Source of the DNA: Ignavibacteria bacterium
GTDB lineage: Bacteria > Bacteroidota > Ignavibacteria > UBA10030
Direction: 5' to 3'
Assembly (NCBI GenBank): GCA_016873755.1
Contig: VGWB01000002.1
Coordinates: 1 to 48,606, forward strand
Length of the DNA stretch: 48,606 nucleotides
Shown here: positions 1 to 8,480 of the stretch, piece by piece
Layout: the number at the start of each line of letters is the position of its first letter
Position numbering within the stretch: the stretch's first letter is position 1
The notes under the pieces: model-generated
What the model was told of the DNA's origin: nothing
Seen by the model: only the letters and a program-made list of their open reading frames with translations
Databases searched by the model: none
Position numbers and translations under genes: made by a program

Positions 1-49
1 CGGCTGAGAGCCCACCAAGACCGGCTCCGATGATGCTAACCTTCTTCAC
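1..49 (-). CDS. 5' end of an FAD/NAD(P)-binding oxidoreductase (partial, runs off window); possibly another CrtI-family carotenoid desaturase
   Basis: Minus-strand GTG at 49..47 overlaps the phr stop (GTGA). It reads VKKVSIIGAGLGGLSA, a GxGxxG dinucleotide-binding N-terminus. Only 16 codons are visible. Confidence 0.35.
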   Translation of the reverse strand, partial: MKKVSIIGAGLGGLSA

Positions 50-1473
50 GAGTTGTGGGACCTGACCGCGACGTAGAGCCGTTTGTATTCAGCCGAGACG
101 GCGGCGTGGTCGACGACCGGAGCTGGATACTGTCTCCCGATGATGCAGCCGATTTCCTTCTGCAGCGCTGGGGGCATTTCGTGCGGACCGTGGACGAACT
201 TTGCGGGGACTTTTGCAAGCTCGGGCACAAACTGCTTGATGTACTTGCTCTCCGGATCATATCGCTCAGACTGGAGCCGCGGGTTGAAGATCCTCATCGG
301 CTTCGGGTCCACCCCAGTTGATGCAGACCATTGCCAGCCACCGTTGTTCGAGGCTGTCTCGATGTCCATCAGTTTTTCTTCGAAGTAGGACGCACCTAGC
401 CGCCAGTCGTGCTGGAGATCCTTCGTCAGAAACGATGCAACGACCATCCGGGCGCGGTTGTGCATCCAGCCCGTTTGGTTCAGTTGGCGCATTCCGGCAT
501 CGACAAACGGATAGCCTGTGAGACCCTTCTTCCACGCATTGAAGAGCACCACGCTGAATTTCCACGGCATCCGGTCGAATTCCCGACGATAGTTCGACTC
601 CAGCAGCCGAGGAAAATGGTAGAGAACCGAGTGATAGAATTCCCGCCAGATCAACTCGTCCACGAATTTCTCGATTGAAGCTCGCTCGGCGTGAGCAGCA
701 GATTGGTGTGCCTTCCGGCAATCCTCAAGCATCTTCCTGATCGAGATGCAGCCGAACCGAAGATACGGTGACATCATGCTCGTCCCGTCAACAGCCGGAA
801 GGTCTCGATTCGTTGCATAGCTGCCGATCTTTCGACTCAAGAACATCCGCCATCGCCGATTCGCCTGCTTCTCTCCGCCCGGAAGAACGGGTGAAGGAAT
901 CGAAACTTCTCTCTTCAGTTCCCCCGCCCCCAAGATCCCGTCGGACGCGAGCTTCGCAGTCGTGAATCGCCGAGCCTCCCCAAACGGGGCAGGATGCGAG
1001 AGCTTTTTCCACGCATTCGCGAAGGGCGTGAAGACGACAAAGGGCTTACCATCCCCCGTCAGCACTTCGGATGGCTCGTGTACAAGAGTGTCCTTGAACG
1101 TTTGTACCTCAACTCCGGATTTTCGATACAACTCTTCGATCTTGCTGTCCTGCTCTATCGATGAGGGCTCGTAGTCACGATTGAAATAGATGGCTTGGGG
1201 CTGCAGCTCTTTCAGAAGCGTCTTGTGCACTTCCAGTACCTTCCCCCGCCGAGTCATCAGCTCTCCTCCGAGGGCCTTGAGATTCTTCCGGAGTTCAGCT
1301 AACGCTTCCGTCAGGAAATTGAATGCAGCCCCGTCGGGCGGGAGACGGCGTGTCAACTCTGTATCAGAGACAAAGAGGGGAACGACGGGTAACCCCACGC
1401 GCGTGGCGTGGTAGAGTGCAGCGTGGTCATCGACCCGAAGGTCGCGGCGGAACCAGACAATAATTGGACCCAT
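46..1473 (-). CDS. phrB: Deoxyribodipyrimidine photolyase (class I CPD photolyase/cryptochrome family)
   Basis: 475 aa. N-terminal IVWFRRDLRVDDHAAL. FAD-binding-domain motifs WREFY, TGYPFVDAGMRQL and NNGGWQW. The ATG overlaps the upstream stop (TAATG at 1471-1475). Confidence 0.93.
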   Translation of the reverse strand: MGPIIVWFRRDLRVDDHAALYHATRVGLPVVPLFVSDTELTRRLPPDGAAFNFLTEALAELRKNLKALGGELMTRRGKVLEVHKTLLKELQPQAIYFNRDYEPSSIEQDSKIEELYRKSGVEVQTFKDTLVHEPSEVLTGDGKPFVVFTPFANAWKKLSHPAPFGEARRFTTAKLASDGILGAGELKREVSIPSPVLPGGEKQANRRWRMFLSRKIGSYATNRDLPAVDGTSMMSPYLRFGCISIRKMLEDCRKAHQSAAHAERASIEKFVDELIWREFYHSVLYHFPRLLESNYRREFDRMPWKFSVVLFNAWKKGLTGYPFVDAGMRQLNQTGWMHNRARMVVASFLTKDLQHDWRLGASYFEEKLMDIETASNNGGWQWSASTGVDPKPMRIFNPRLQSERYDPESKYIKQFVPELAKVPAKFVHGPHEMPPALQKEIGCIIGRQYPAPVVDHAAVSAEYKRLYVAVRSHNS

Positions 1474-3032
1474 TAGAAGAGCTTCTTCCGCAGATAGTAT
1501 TTGACAACGTGGCTGCAGTTGTATCCAGCGGCTCCGAAAATACCTCCCCCGGGGTGCATGCTCGCGCTCGAGAGGAACAATCCTCTGATCGGGGTAGCGT
1601 AACCCGAGAGCTCGGGGAGCGGTCGAAACATGAACATCTGGTCAAGTGCCATCTCAACGTGCATGACATTCGCAGAGGGCATAGTGTGTTTCTCTTCGAT
1701 GTCCTTCGGACTCTGGATCAGCATATCGATTAGCTGATCGCTTGCTCCCGGCGCAAATCGATCGATGACGCCAAACAGCTTCCTCGCCTCGTCGACTCGA
1801 AGTTGATCCCAGGATCGTGCATCGCGCAGCCTGTATGGGTAGTACTGTCCCCATAAGAACAGTGTATCCTTCCCGTGCGGTGCCAGCGTCGCGTCCACAG
1901 CACTGAACGTCATTGCTACAACCGCAGGATGCTCCGAGGGAAGCCCTTTCAGATAATCCGCATAGGCGTCATGCAGGTATTGTGTCGATGGACAGAGAAG
2001 CTGCAAACCTTTCAGAACTTCTGCGTTTTCGGTATCACTCAGCCGATAGCGAGGAAGCGCATGAACGGCGCAACGGACCACCATGCCAAATCCGTTGCCA
2101 ACGTTAATATTCTGAATGCGCCTTCGCAGCTCCGAATGAAGTTCAGACCCGACTAATTTCAGAAAAGTTGTCTTCACATGGGCGTTAGAAACAACGGCCC
2201 GGGCAGAAAGGATGTCGCCGCTCGCAAGTTCAACCGCGTCCGCCCTACCATTTCTGACGCAGATCCGCTTGACTTCTGCTTTCGATCGGACCATTCCCCC
2301 GTGTGCCTCAATGCATTTCGCCAGGGCCTGGGTCAGCATACCTGATCCACCTCTAGGCCGGGCAGGCCCCTTCTTGTGAACCATCGAGTGCCAACCGATG
2401 AACTCCGCCGACGCGGTGTCTGTCGGTGGGGGACCGCTCTGGGCACCCCACCACGCAAGCGCAGCACGAAGTTTCTCGTTCTCAAAGGTATCGTTAATGA
2501 GCCTCCCGTAGCTCATCATGATCTTCTGGAGGAGCTCGGTTCCCTTTTTACCCGATGGTCGGAACCGCCCGAGCAGAAACGACCTGCCGAGTTTACCCGG
2601 CGTGGGTGCGCGCAGAAACGCATCGAAGACCACCTCGTTCAATGGTTGCCATTCGAGCACGAACTGGCGATAAGCCTCGGCATCCCGCTCACTCACCCTG
2701 GCTATGCTCTGGCACGTCCGGTCGAGATCCCGGTAGAACTTGATTACGGTTCCATCTTCAAATGGAGCCGACATGAACGGATCGAGCGGAATGTACTCCA
2801 GACCGTACTCCTCAAGCCGAAGGTCGCTCACAATCGGCGTGTGATGGATCATGAAGTGTGCGGATCCGCCGACATCGAGCCGAAATCCGCCGAACATCTC
2901 CTCCGTACAAACTGCTCCACCGATCGTATCCCGCCTCTCAAGGACAAGGACTTTGTATCCCCACTTGGCAAGGTAGGCCCCGGTTACCAGACCGTTGTGT
3001 CCGCTTCCAACAATGATGACATCAGCGTCCAT
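1473..3032 (-). CDS. Phytoene-desaturase-family FAD-dependent oxidoreductase (CrtI/CrtD/CrtO-like)
   Basis: 519 aa. N-terminal DVIIVGSGHNGLVTGAYLAKWGYKVLVLERRDTIGG Rossmann motif. C-terminal GLFLSSASMHPGGGIFGAAG is typical of the CrtI superfamily. Embedded in the crt cluster. Confidence 0.85.
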   Translation of the reverse strand: MDADVIIVGSGHNGLVTGAYLAKWGYKVLVLERRDTIGGAVCTEEMFGGFRLDVGGSAHFMIHHTPIVSDLRLEEYGLEYIPLDPFMSAPFEDGTVIKFYRDLDRTCQSIARVSERDAEAYRQFVLEWQPLNEVVFDAFLRAPTPGKLGRSFLLGRFRPSGKKGTELLQKIMMSYGRLINDTFENEKLRAALAWWGAQSGPPPTDTASAEFIGWHSMVHKKGPARPRGGSGMLTQALAKCIEAHGGMVRSKAEVKRICVRNGRADAVELASGDILSARAVVSNAHVKTTFLKLVGSELHSELRRRIQNINVGNGFGMVVRCAVHALPRYRLSDTENAEVLKGLQLLCPSTQYLHDAYADYLKGLPSEHPAVVAMTFSAVDATLAPHGKDTLFLWGQYYPYRLRDARSWDQLRVDEARKLFGVIDRFAPGASDQLIDMLIQSPKDIEEKHTMPSANVMHVEMALDQMFMFRPLPELSGYATPIRGLFLSSASMHPGGGIFGAAGYNCSHVVKYYLRKKLF

Positions 3033-3053
3033 CGTAACACCTGCGTGAGGCTT

Positions 3054-3695
3054 TCAAGCCTGAGGATTCACGAAACGCATCCCAACGTTTGTCAGGACAA
3101 AGTAGACGAGTTGACTAGCAAGAAGATGCGCGACCAGGGGATTTGACACCTTCTCTTTTGCATATCTGTTCAGAAGAGAAAGACACCCGTATGAAATGAC
3201 AAACCAGCTGATATAGTTGAGCTCAGTCGGGAGTCCTCCCTTCCAATGCCACAGATCGAGCGCGTCTGCGGCAAATTCCATGATAGCATCGAACACTGTC
3301 ACCAGAATCGAGGCGACGACAACCTTCTTGAATTTCAGAAAATGTCCGGATGAAATCCAGGCGGGGACGAGCACACCGAGCCACGCAAACGGGATCACCA
3401 ACGGGACATCCAGGAGTTTCGGACCTAAACGGTCTGTGTAAGCGTATTCGCCGAACGGAAAACCCAGATTCGCGCCCGAAGCTTCGCTCAGAAAGGTCAC
3501 CAGCAGAACCGTGACCCCCGCGGCGACACTTTTGAGGTTCAGCTCGTATGTCGACACGAATGCTGTTACACCGACCGCCACCATCACGAACGGGGTCAGG
3601 ACAGTCATAACAGACTCGAAGAGACGGAGGGTGTTCCACACCCCACCCGCGACGAAGAAAACATAGAGACCTGTCAAGAGAACTCTTCTATTCAT
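3054..3695 (-). CDS. Polytopic membrane 'carotenoid biosynthesis protein' family (CruF-like carotenoid 1,2-hydratase candidate)
   Basis: The start is taken at the internal ATG (MNRRVLLTGLYVFF), which overlaps the GT2 stop by 8 nt. The ORF-track start at 3785 would lie inside the GT2 gene. Multiple TM helices, a GFPFGEYAYTD motif, and crt-cluster context. Confidence 0.6.
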   Translation of the reverse strand: MNRRVLLTGLYVFFVAGGVWNTLRLFESVMTVLTPFVMVAVGVTAFVSTYELNLKSVAAGVTVLLVTFLSEASGANLGFPFGEYAYTDRLGPKLLDVPLVIPFAWLGVLVPAWISSGHFLKFKKVVVASILVTVFDAIMEFAADALDLWHWKGGLPTELNYISWFVISYGCLSLLNRYAKEKVSNPLVAHLLASQLVYFVLTNVGMRFVNPQA

Positions 3696-4854
3696 CCTTG
3701 GCCTGGGTCGTCTCGCAGACGTCGAATGGCGGTCTCGTTCCGCTCCCACGCACGGGCACCGTTCGACCCTTCCAGCGAACTCCACCGCGAACGTAGTACA
3801 GCCTTATGGCATTGAGACCGATCAGGACGGCCGCCAGTGAACCGAGTGGATGGAGAATGACTGAAACAAGGCCGTGTCGGAATCGAGTTGCCAGCATCGA
3901 TCTGAATGTGAGGTTTAATCCAACGGCGAGCATCGTAGATGCAGAAATATCGTGAAGCAAGAGCACATATGGTAGAACGAAAACCAGCAGCATCAGGGCA
4001 AGGAACGGCAGGAAAGCTGACGGCCGGAATCGAAAGGCCGCGAAGAAGTTCTTCGAGAATCCCTCGTTGATTTCCGACAGATTAGAATACATCTCGCATG
4101 CGACACTTCCGACTCCGGACGTCAGCACCAATCGCATTCCGCGGCGCTTAATGAGCCGCGCAAGAGCAACGTCCTCGACAACATTGTTCCGGACAACAGA
4201 GTGAGTTCCAACCGCTTCGTAGGCCTCACGCCGAAAAGCAAACCACTGCCCGTTGGCAGCCGAAAGAGACTCGAATTTCGTACGGAAGACCAGCGGCAGC
4301 GGCAACGCACCATACAAAATGACATCCATCATCGGTATGATGCCCTTCGCGGCGAGTCCCCTCAGGTGCTGACCGGGAAAAGACGAAACGGCGTCGGCCC
4401 GAAAGCGCTCAAACACCGCGAGGGTGTTTTCTACAGCCCTCGGGGTCGGATGCACATCGGCGTCGATGAAAATCAAGACCTCTCCTGCTGCCTTCTGCGC
4501 AAGCTGATAGCACGCCCAGTTCTTCCCTGTCCACCCCTCGGGAAGGGGTTGTCCCGCCACCACCGAGAATCTCGCATCTTTTACCGCCCAACGCTCCGCA
4601 ACGTCAAGCGTGCCGTCATCCGACTGATCATCGAGGACAATAACCTCAAGAGCCGGATAGGCTTGTTGGCTCAGGGCTTCGAGACAGCGAGGCAAGTTGA
4701 GTTCTTCATTTCGGGCCGGGATGAGGAGAGAAATCAGGGGACGCGTCGATGGCGTAGAGTATTTGCGGAGGAAGGGTCCTGCGATGACGTTGACCGCTGC
4801 AACAGCATTTATGGTCGCGAGCAAGACAATCGTAACAAGGATCAACTCGCTCAA
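3688..4854 (-). CDS. Family 2 glycosyltransferase (carotenoid glycosyltransferase candidate, CrtQ/CruC-like)
   Basis: 388 aa. N-terminal TM helix followed by LISLLIPARNEELNL...VIVLDDQSDDGT (GT2 DxD region), then C-terminal TM helices. The TTG start overlaps the acyltransferase stop (TTGA). Confidence 0.85.
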   Translation of the reverse strand: MSELILVTIVLLATINAVAAVNVIAGPFLRKYSTPSTRPLISLLIPARNEELNLPRCLEALSQQAYPALEVIVLDDQSDDGTLDVAERWAVKDARFSVVAGQPLPEGWTGKNWACYQLAQKAAGEVLIFIDADVHPTPRAVENTLAVFERFRADAVSSFPGQHLRGLAAKGIIPMMDVILYGALPLPLVFRTKFESLSAANGQWFAFRREAYEAVGTHSVVRNNVVEDVALARLIKRRGMRLVLTSGVGSVACEMYSNLSEINEGFSKNFFAAFRFRPSAFLPFLALMLLVFVLPYVLLLHDISASTMLAVGLNLTFRSMLATRFRHGLVSVILHPLGSLAAVLIGLNAIRLYYVRGGVRWKGRTVPVRGSGTRPPFDVCETTQAKDE

Positions 4855-5441
4855 TCGGCACCTTTGATTTTCGCGTACCGGTCACTGACCGAGGAACGAC
4901 CGGTCAGGAGCGGCCTGAAATCTGAGAAGTTCCGCTGGGAAATTCGGTGCTCGAGTCTCTGGATCAGTTCCCTGAGCGATCGCGTCCCGTTCTTGAAAAT
5001 CGTCTCAGCCCTCTGATCGACACACAAGATCGGCTCGCCACCGAGAATGAACACATCGGGGTATTGGTTGTCGATATATTCGATCCTGGTTGCCACAGGG
5101 ATCACATTCAGCGGCTGAGCCAGCGCAGCAATCCGGGCAAAGCCGTCTTTGTACTGGACGGGTGATCCGTACGGTACCATTTCTCCGGAAGGAAAAATCC
5201 AGAGTGACGAGCGATGGGACTGTCTCAGCACGCGGAGAGAATATTCAAACGCGGCTTTCACATCGCCGATCCGATCCGTTCGGATGCTGAACACGCCCAG
5301 TTTGCGAAAGAAGCGAAACTTCTGGAACTGTTCCTCTCCCATCATCAGATGAATGTCATCCCGGAGATGACGTTGGTTCAGGGCATAAAGGAAGAATCCG
5401 TCCCACCACGTATTGTGGTTTGCGATGTAGAGTCGCGGCAT
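4851..5441 (-). CDS. PlsC/LPLAT-family acyltransferase (carotenoid glycoside acyltransferase candidate). The ORF as called is N-terminally truncated by an in-frame TGA at 5511-5513.
   Basis: HX4D motif NHNTWWD right at the called N-terminus. The upstream in-frame sequence YISWSLKRHFHRILHDVPFYDAS looks like a genuine part of the domain. See the finding on this gene. Confidence 0.75.
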   Translation of the reverse strand: MPRLYIANHNTWWDGFFLYALNQRHLRDDIHLMMGEEQFQKFRFFRKLGVFSIRTDRIGDVKAAFEYSLRVLRQSHRSSLWIFPSGEMVPYGSPVQYKDGFARIAALAQPLNVIPVATRIEYIDNQYPDVFILGGEPILCVDQRAETIFKNGTRSLRELIQRLEHRISQRNFSDFRPLLTGRSSVSDRYAKIKGAD

Positions 5442-5568
5442 CGACGCGTCGTAGAACGGGACGTCGTGGAGGATGCGATGGAAGTGGCGTTTCAGCGACC
5501 AGGAAATATATCACCAGAACAGTGTGTTGAATAGCGGAGATTTCTCAGCTTCTGTCATGATGCCCCAG

Positions 5569-6498
5569 CTACGTCTCGGGGGTGTAGCTCAGATTTGCCG
5601 GTGAAAGCACTTTGTGATGGACAAACGACTTCAGAATCTCACTCACCTTACGGTAGCCGGGCACGACGGGACGATTCGAGAAAACGTCGTACCGGTTGCG
5701 TTCGATCTCGTACAGAATGCCGCGGTACAATCGGGCCGCAGCTATGATAGCGAATTGCCCGTCGCGGTTGAGCATCGGAATTCCGCGAGAGGCTTCTTCA
5801 AAGTATGAATGTGCGCGCTCGACGTTGAACGCCAGCAAGTCCCTCAGATTGTCAGTCAACGCCGACCTGGCGATGTGTCCTTCCGTTACCCCGAAATGCT
5901 CCATCTCGTCCTTCGGCAAGTAGATTTTCCCCCGGAGCCGCCAATCCTCCTCCCCATCTCGGAGAATATTTGCCAGCTGCATCGCAATTCCCATCTGCTC
6001 TGCATGGTTAAACGCACGACTATCCTTGTACCCGAGGACGCGCGTCATCATCAGCCCGACGACCGAAGCCACGCGATAGGTGAAGGTTCTGAGCTCGGCG
6101 AAGGAAGGGTATCGGTCGTACTCCAGATCCATCTGGACGCCGGCAATGAGTTCCGCGGGAAGGTTGACCGGGATCCTGTTCCGCAAGGCAACATCGACAA
6201 ACGCTCCCATCACGGGATGCAAGGACTCACCGGTAGTGTACGCGGTGAAGAGCTCTTCCCTCCAGCTTGCCAGTTCGCGACTCAAGAGGTCTCGTCCACG
6301 CTGCCGCGGCGCATCAACGATATTGTCAGTATATCGGCAAAACGCATAGATCGAATGCACATCCCCTTGCAGCCGCTGCGGGAGCAGCTTCGTGGCGAGG
6401 TAGAAGCTCTTGGAATACGTCCTCGTCATCAGCCGGGCAAGTTGTCTTGCCGGGACGAGATCGAGGTCTTTGTCAGCATTCGGAGTAAGCAAGTACAC
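5569..6498 (-). CDS. crtB: Phytoene synthase (squalene/phytoene synthase family)
   Basis: 309 aa. YAFCRYTDNIVD aspartate-rich region 1 and ANILRDGEEDW region 2. GTG start. Confidence 0.9.
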   Translation of the reverse strand: MYLLTPNADKDLDLVPARQLARLMTRTYSKSFYLATKLLPQRLQGDVHSIYAFCRYTDNIVDAPRQRGRDLLSRELASWREELFTAYTTGESLHPVMGAFVDVALRNRIPVNLPAELIAGVQMDLEYDRYPSFAELRTFTYRVASVVGLMMTRVLGYKDSRAFNHAEQMGIAMQLANILRDGEEDWRLRGKIYLPKDEMEHFGVTEGHIARSALTDNLRDLLAFNVERAHSYFEEASRGIPMLNRDGQFAIIAAARLYRGILYEIERNRYDVFSNRPVVPGYRKVSEILKSFVHHKVLSPANLSYTPET

Positions 6499-6513
6499 GG
6501 AAGTTCCTACGGC

Positions 6514-7167
6514 CTACAATGCTTGGAATTGGGGATCGATTCTTTGAGTGGAACCATTACGGATGCCATTGAAGAAGGAATCGAGTAACACCCGATCAGT
6601 AGTGAACACACCCCTGAAGGCAGACGTCGTTGTCAGCGAGTGCTGTTTTTCAACGCCGCGAATCATCATGCAAAGGTGCGCTGCCTCAATCTGAACGGCG
6701 ATACCTATCGGGGATAGAGTTTCCTCCAGAACGTCAGCGATCTGCTTCGTTATTCGCTCCTGAACTTGAAGGCGGCGCGAGAGAGCATCGACCACCCTCG
6801 GGAGTTTGCTCAGCCCGACGATTCTGCCCGACGGCAAGTAGGCAATGTGAGCCTTTCCGAAAAAGGAGAGCAGATGATGCTCGCAGAGCGAATAGAACTC
6901 GATATTGTGCACCAGAATCATCCCATCATACTCTTCCTCAAATACGGCTGAGCGGATGATCTGCGCCGGGTCTTGATCGTACCCGCTCGTCAAAAACTGC
7001 CACGCCTTGGCTGCACGCTCGGGGGTCTTGACCAATCCCTCACGATTCAAATCCTCTCCTGCTCCAAGAAGCAGATGTTCGTAGTGGCTCTTGAGCCGCT
7101 CGATTGATCGGGGGGGCGAATACGGACGACGGCTTGTTCGCAACGTGCGCGTTTCGTGATCGAACAC
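6514..7167 (-). CDS. folE: GTP cyclohydrolase I
   Basis: 217 aa. LVKTPERAAKAW, the CEHHLLSFFGKAHIAYLP zinc/catalytic motif, and RLQVQERITKQIA. The GTG start is uncertain. Confidence 0.93.
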   Translation of the reverse strand: MFDHETRTLRTSRRPYSPPRSIERLKSHYEHLLLGAGEDLNREGLVKTPERAAKAWQFLTSGYDQDPAQIIRSAVFEEEYDGMILVHNIEFYSLCEHHLLSFFGKAHIAYLPSGRIVGLSKLPRVVDALSRRLQVQERITKQIADVLEETLSPIGIAVQIEAAHLCMMIRGVEKQHSLTTTSAFRGVFTTDRVLLDSFFNGIRNGSTQRIDPQFQAL

Positions 7168-7431
7168 CTTGGGCCAGCGGTGTTATAGTTGTCATCTACC
7201 TCGCACACTCCTTCCTCTTGTTCTCTTTGCTCTCGATTGGTTCACTGCTTCTGAGGAACGCTTGAAACCTTCGCAGCATATGCAACAGCCTGCGACGGCA
7301 TAGTGCGGTCAACATCGATGGCAGGCCGAATACCGAGGAGAAACGCTACTTATTACCAACGTTGGTTCCTTTTCTGAGGTTCCTTGGTTCCCTCCGCTTT
7401 CGCGTCGAACACAATCCCTGTCTTGCCATTA

Positions 7432-8310
7432 TCATTTGCGACAATGGCGAGGATCAGCGATAGTCTCAAGATCGAGAATCGACTCCGAGACAAAGTCAGC
7501 CCGCAGACGGTCTCCGAATCTGGACCTCATCTCCGGACCACCGACCGCAAGACGGGCTCCGAGGCGATGAGCTGCCGGGAAGACCTTTTGATTGATTGCT
7601 CGAACGAACCTCCGCTCGTGTTCAGGCAGGTGCGCACTTACAGCCACAAGCTGTGGCTTGCGCCTCCTGATGGCGTTCACCAGAGAGTCGACGGGCGTGG
7701 ACTGCCCGAGGTTTAGAACCGCCCATCCCTCCGCCTGCAAGTAGCTCGCGATGCAGTGTAGGACAATCTCGTGGAGCTCTCCCTCGTAGCACGCGAGCAC
7801 AGCCGTTAGTCCATTCGAAGGTTTCCTGTAGACGGAAGACTGCAGGCGCACGACGGCGTCGCGAATTGTCCGACTGGCAAGATGCTCGGCGTCAACGGTC
7901 AGATTTCCGGCGGCCCACTCGTGCCCAATGTCCACGAGAGGTGGAAACACAACATCCGAGTAGAGGGAGAGCAGATCCGGTTTCGCTGCAAGCCCTGCGC
8001 GGAGGATACTCAGCGACTCAGCCAGATCACCCGCCAGCGCGGCCTCCTTCAACGGGGGCGCCAGCACATCGGTGTTTCCGGCCACCAAGTTTGCCTGCAA
8101 GTCCCGGCTTGAGAACATCTGAGCTGCCAGCTCGGGCACCTCCATTTTGTTCTCCTGGACAAAGCGGATCACCGACTGGATCGGGAACCTCCGGTGCCCC
8201 CCCTTCGTGCGGACACAACTGATGTATCCGGTATCGGACCAACGCTTGACGGTTGACTCGTTGACCGACAAGAGCTCGGCCAAGTCCCTCGAACTGTAGA
8301 TGCGTTTCAT
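7432..8310 (-). CDS. carH: MerR-family, adenosylcobalamin-binding light-responsive transcriptional regulator (CarH/LitR type)
   Basis: The start is taken at MKRIYSSRDLAELLSVNESTVKRW (MerR/HTH_17). Wx9EH signature WAAGNLTVDAEH (7882-7917). B12-binding Rossmann domain with ELHEI (lower-axial His candidate, codon 7771-7773). Adjacent to crt and phr genes. Confidence 0.85.
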   Translation of the reverse strand: MKRIYSSRDLAELLSVNESTVKRWSDTGYISCVRTKGGHRRFPIQSVIRFVQENKMEVPELAAQMFSSRDLQANLVAGNTDVLAPPLKEAALAGDLAESLSILRAGLAAKPDLLSLYSDVVFPPLVDIGHEWAAGNLTVDAEHLASRTIRDAVVRLQSSVYRKPSNGLTAVLACYEGELHEIVLHCIASYLQAEGWAVLNLGQSTPVDSLVNAIRRRKPQLVAVSAHLPEHERRFVRAINQKVFPAAHRLGARLAVGGPEMRSRFGDRLRADFVSESILDLETIADPRHCRK

Positions 8311-8356
8311 ATCGCTTTTTGAACGATTATGGTGATTTGCCCGTTTTGCACGATCA

Positions 8357-8385
8357 AAGATACGACACGGAAAGCGGTATGTCAA
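8357..8385 (-). promoter_or_regulatory. Putative sigma70-type promoter of carH
   Basis: The minus strand reads TTGACA (8385-8380), a 17-nt spacer, then TATCTT (8362-8357). It lies about 47 nt upstream of the carH ATG. Confidence 0.35.
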
Positions 8386-8480
8386 GTACTTATTTGAGAA
8401 ACGGGATGGGAGTCTTGACGGTCAGGAAGGGCCTTGCTTGGACGACGGAAAGCGCAGAAGCAGACTGCTCTCCTGAGCGT

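Noticed and set aside
5511-5513. TGA read as Trp, Gly or selenocysteine (alternative genetic code or recoding)
   Set aside because: TGA terminates several well-supported genes in this window (for example phr, the 22053-23789 gene, vapB). I saw no SECIS-like hairpin immediately downstream, and the context (LFW-TGA-YISW) fits a simple TGG-to-TGA change.
7187-7189. Alternative folE start at an ATG preceded by GGAAGGAG
   Set aside because: It is out of frame with the conserved FolE sequence as given. It is kept only as a note under the 264-nt gap finding, in case the G7 run at 7105-7111 hides an indel.
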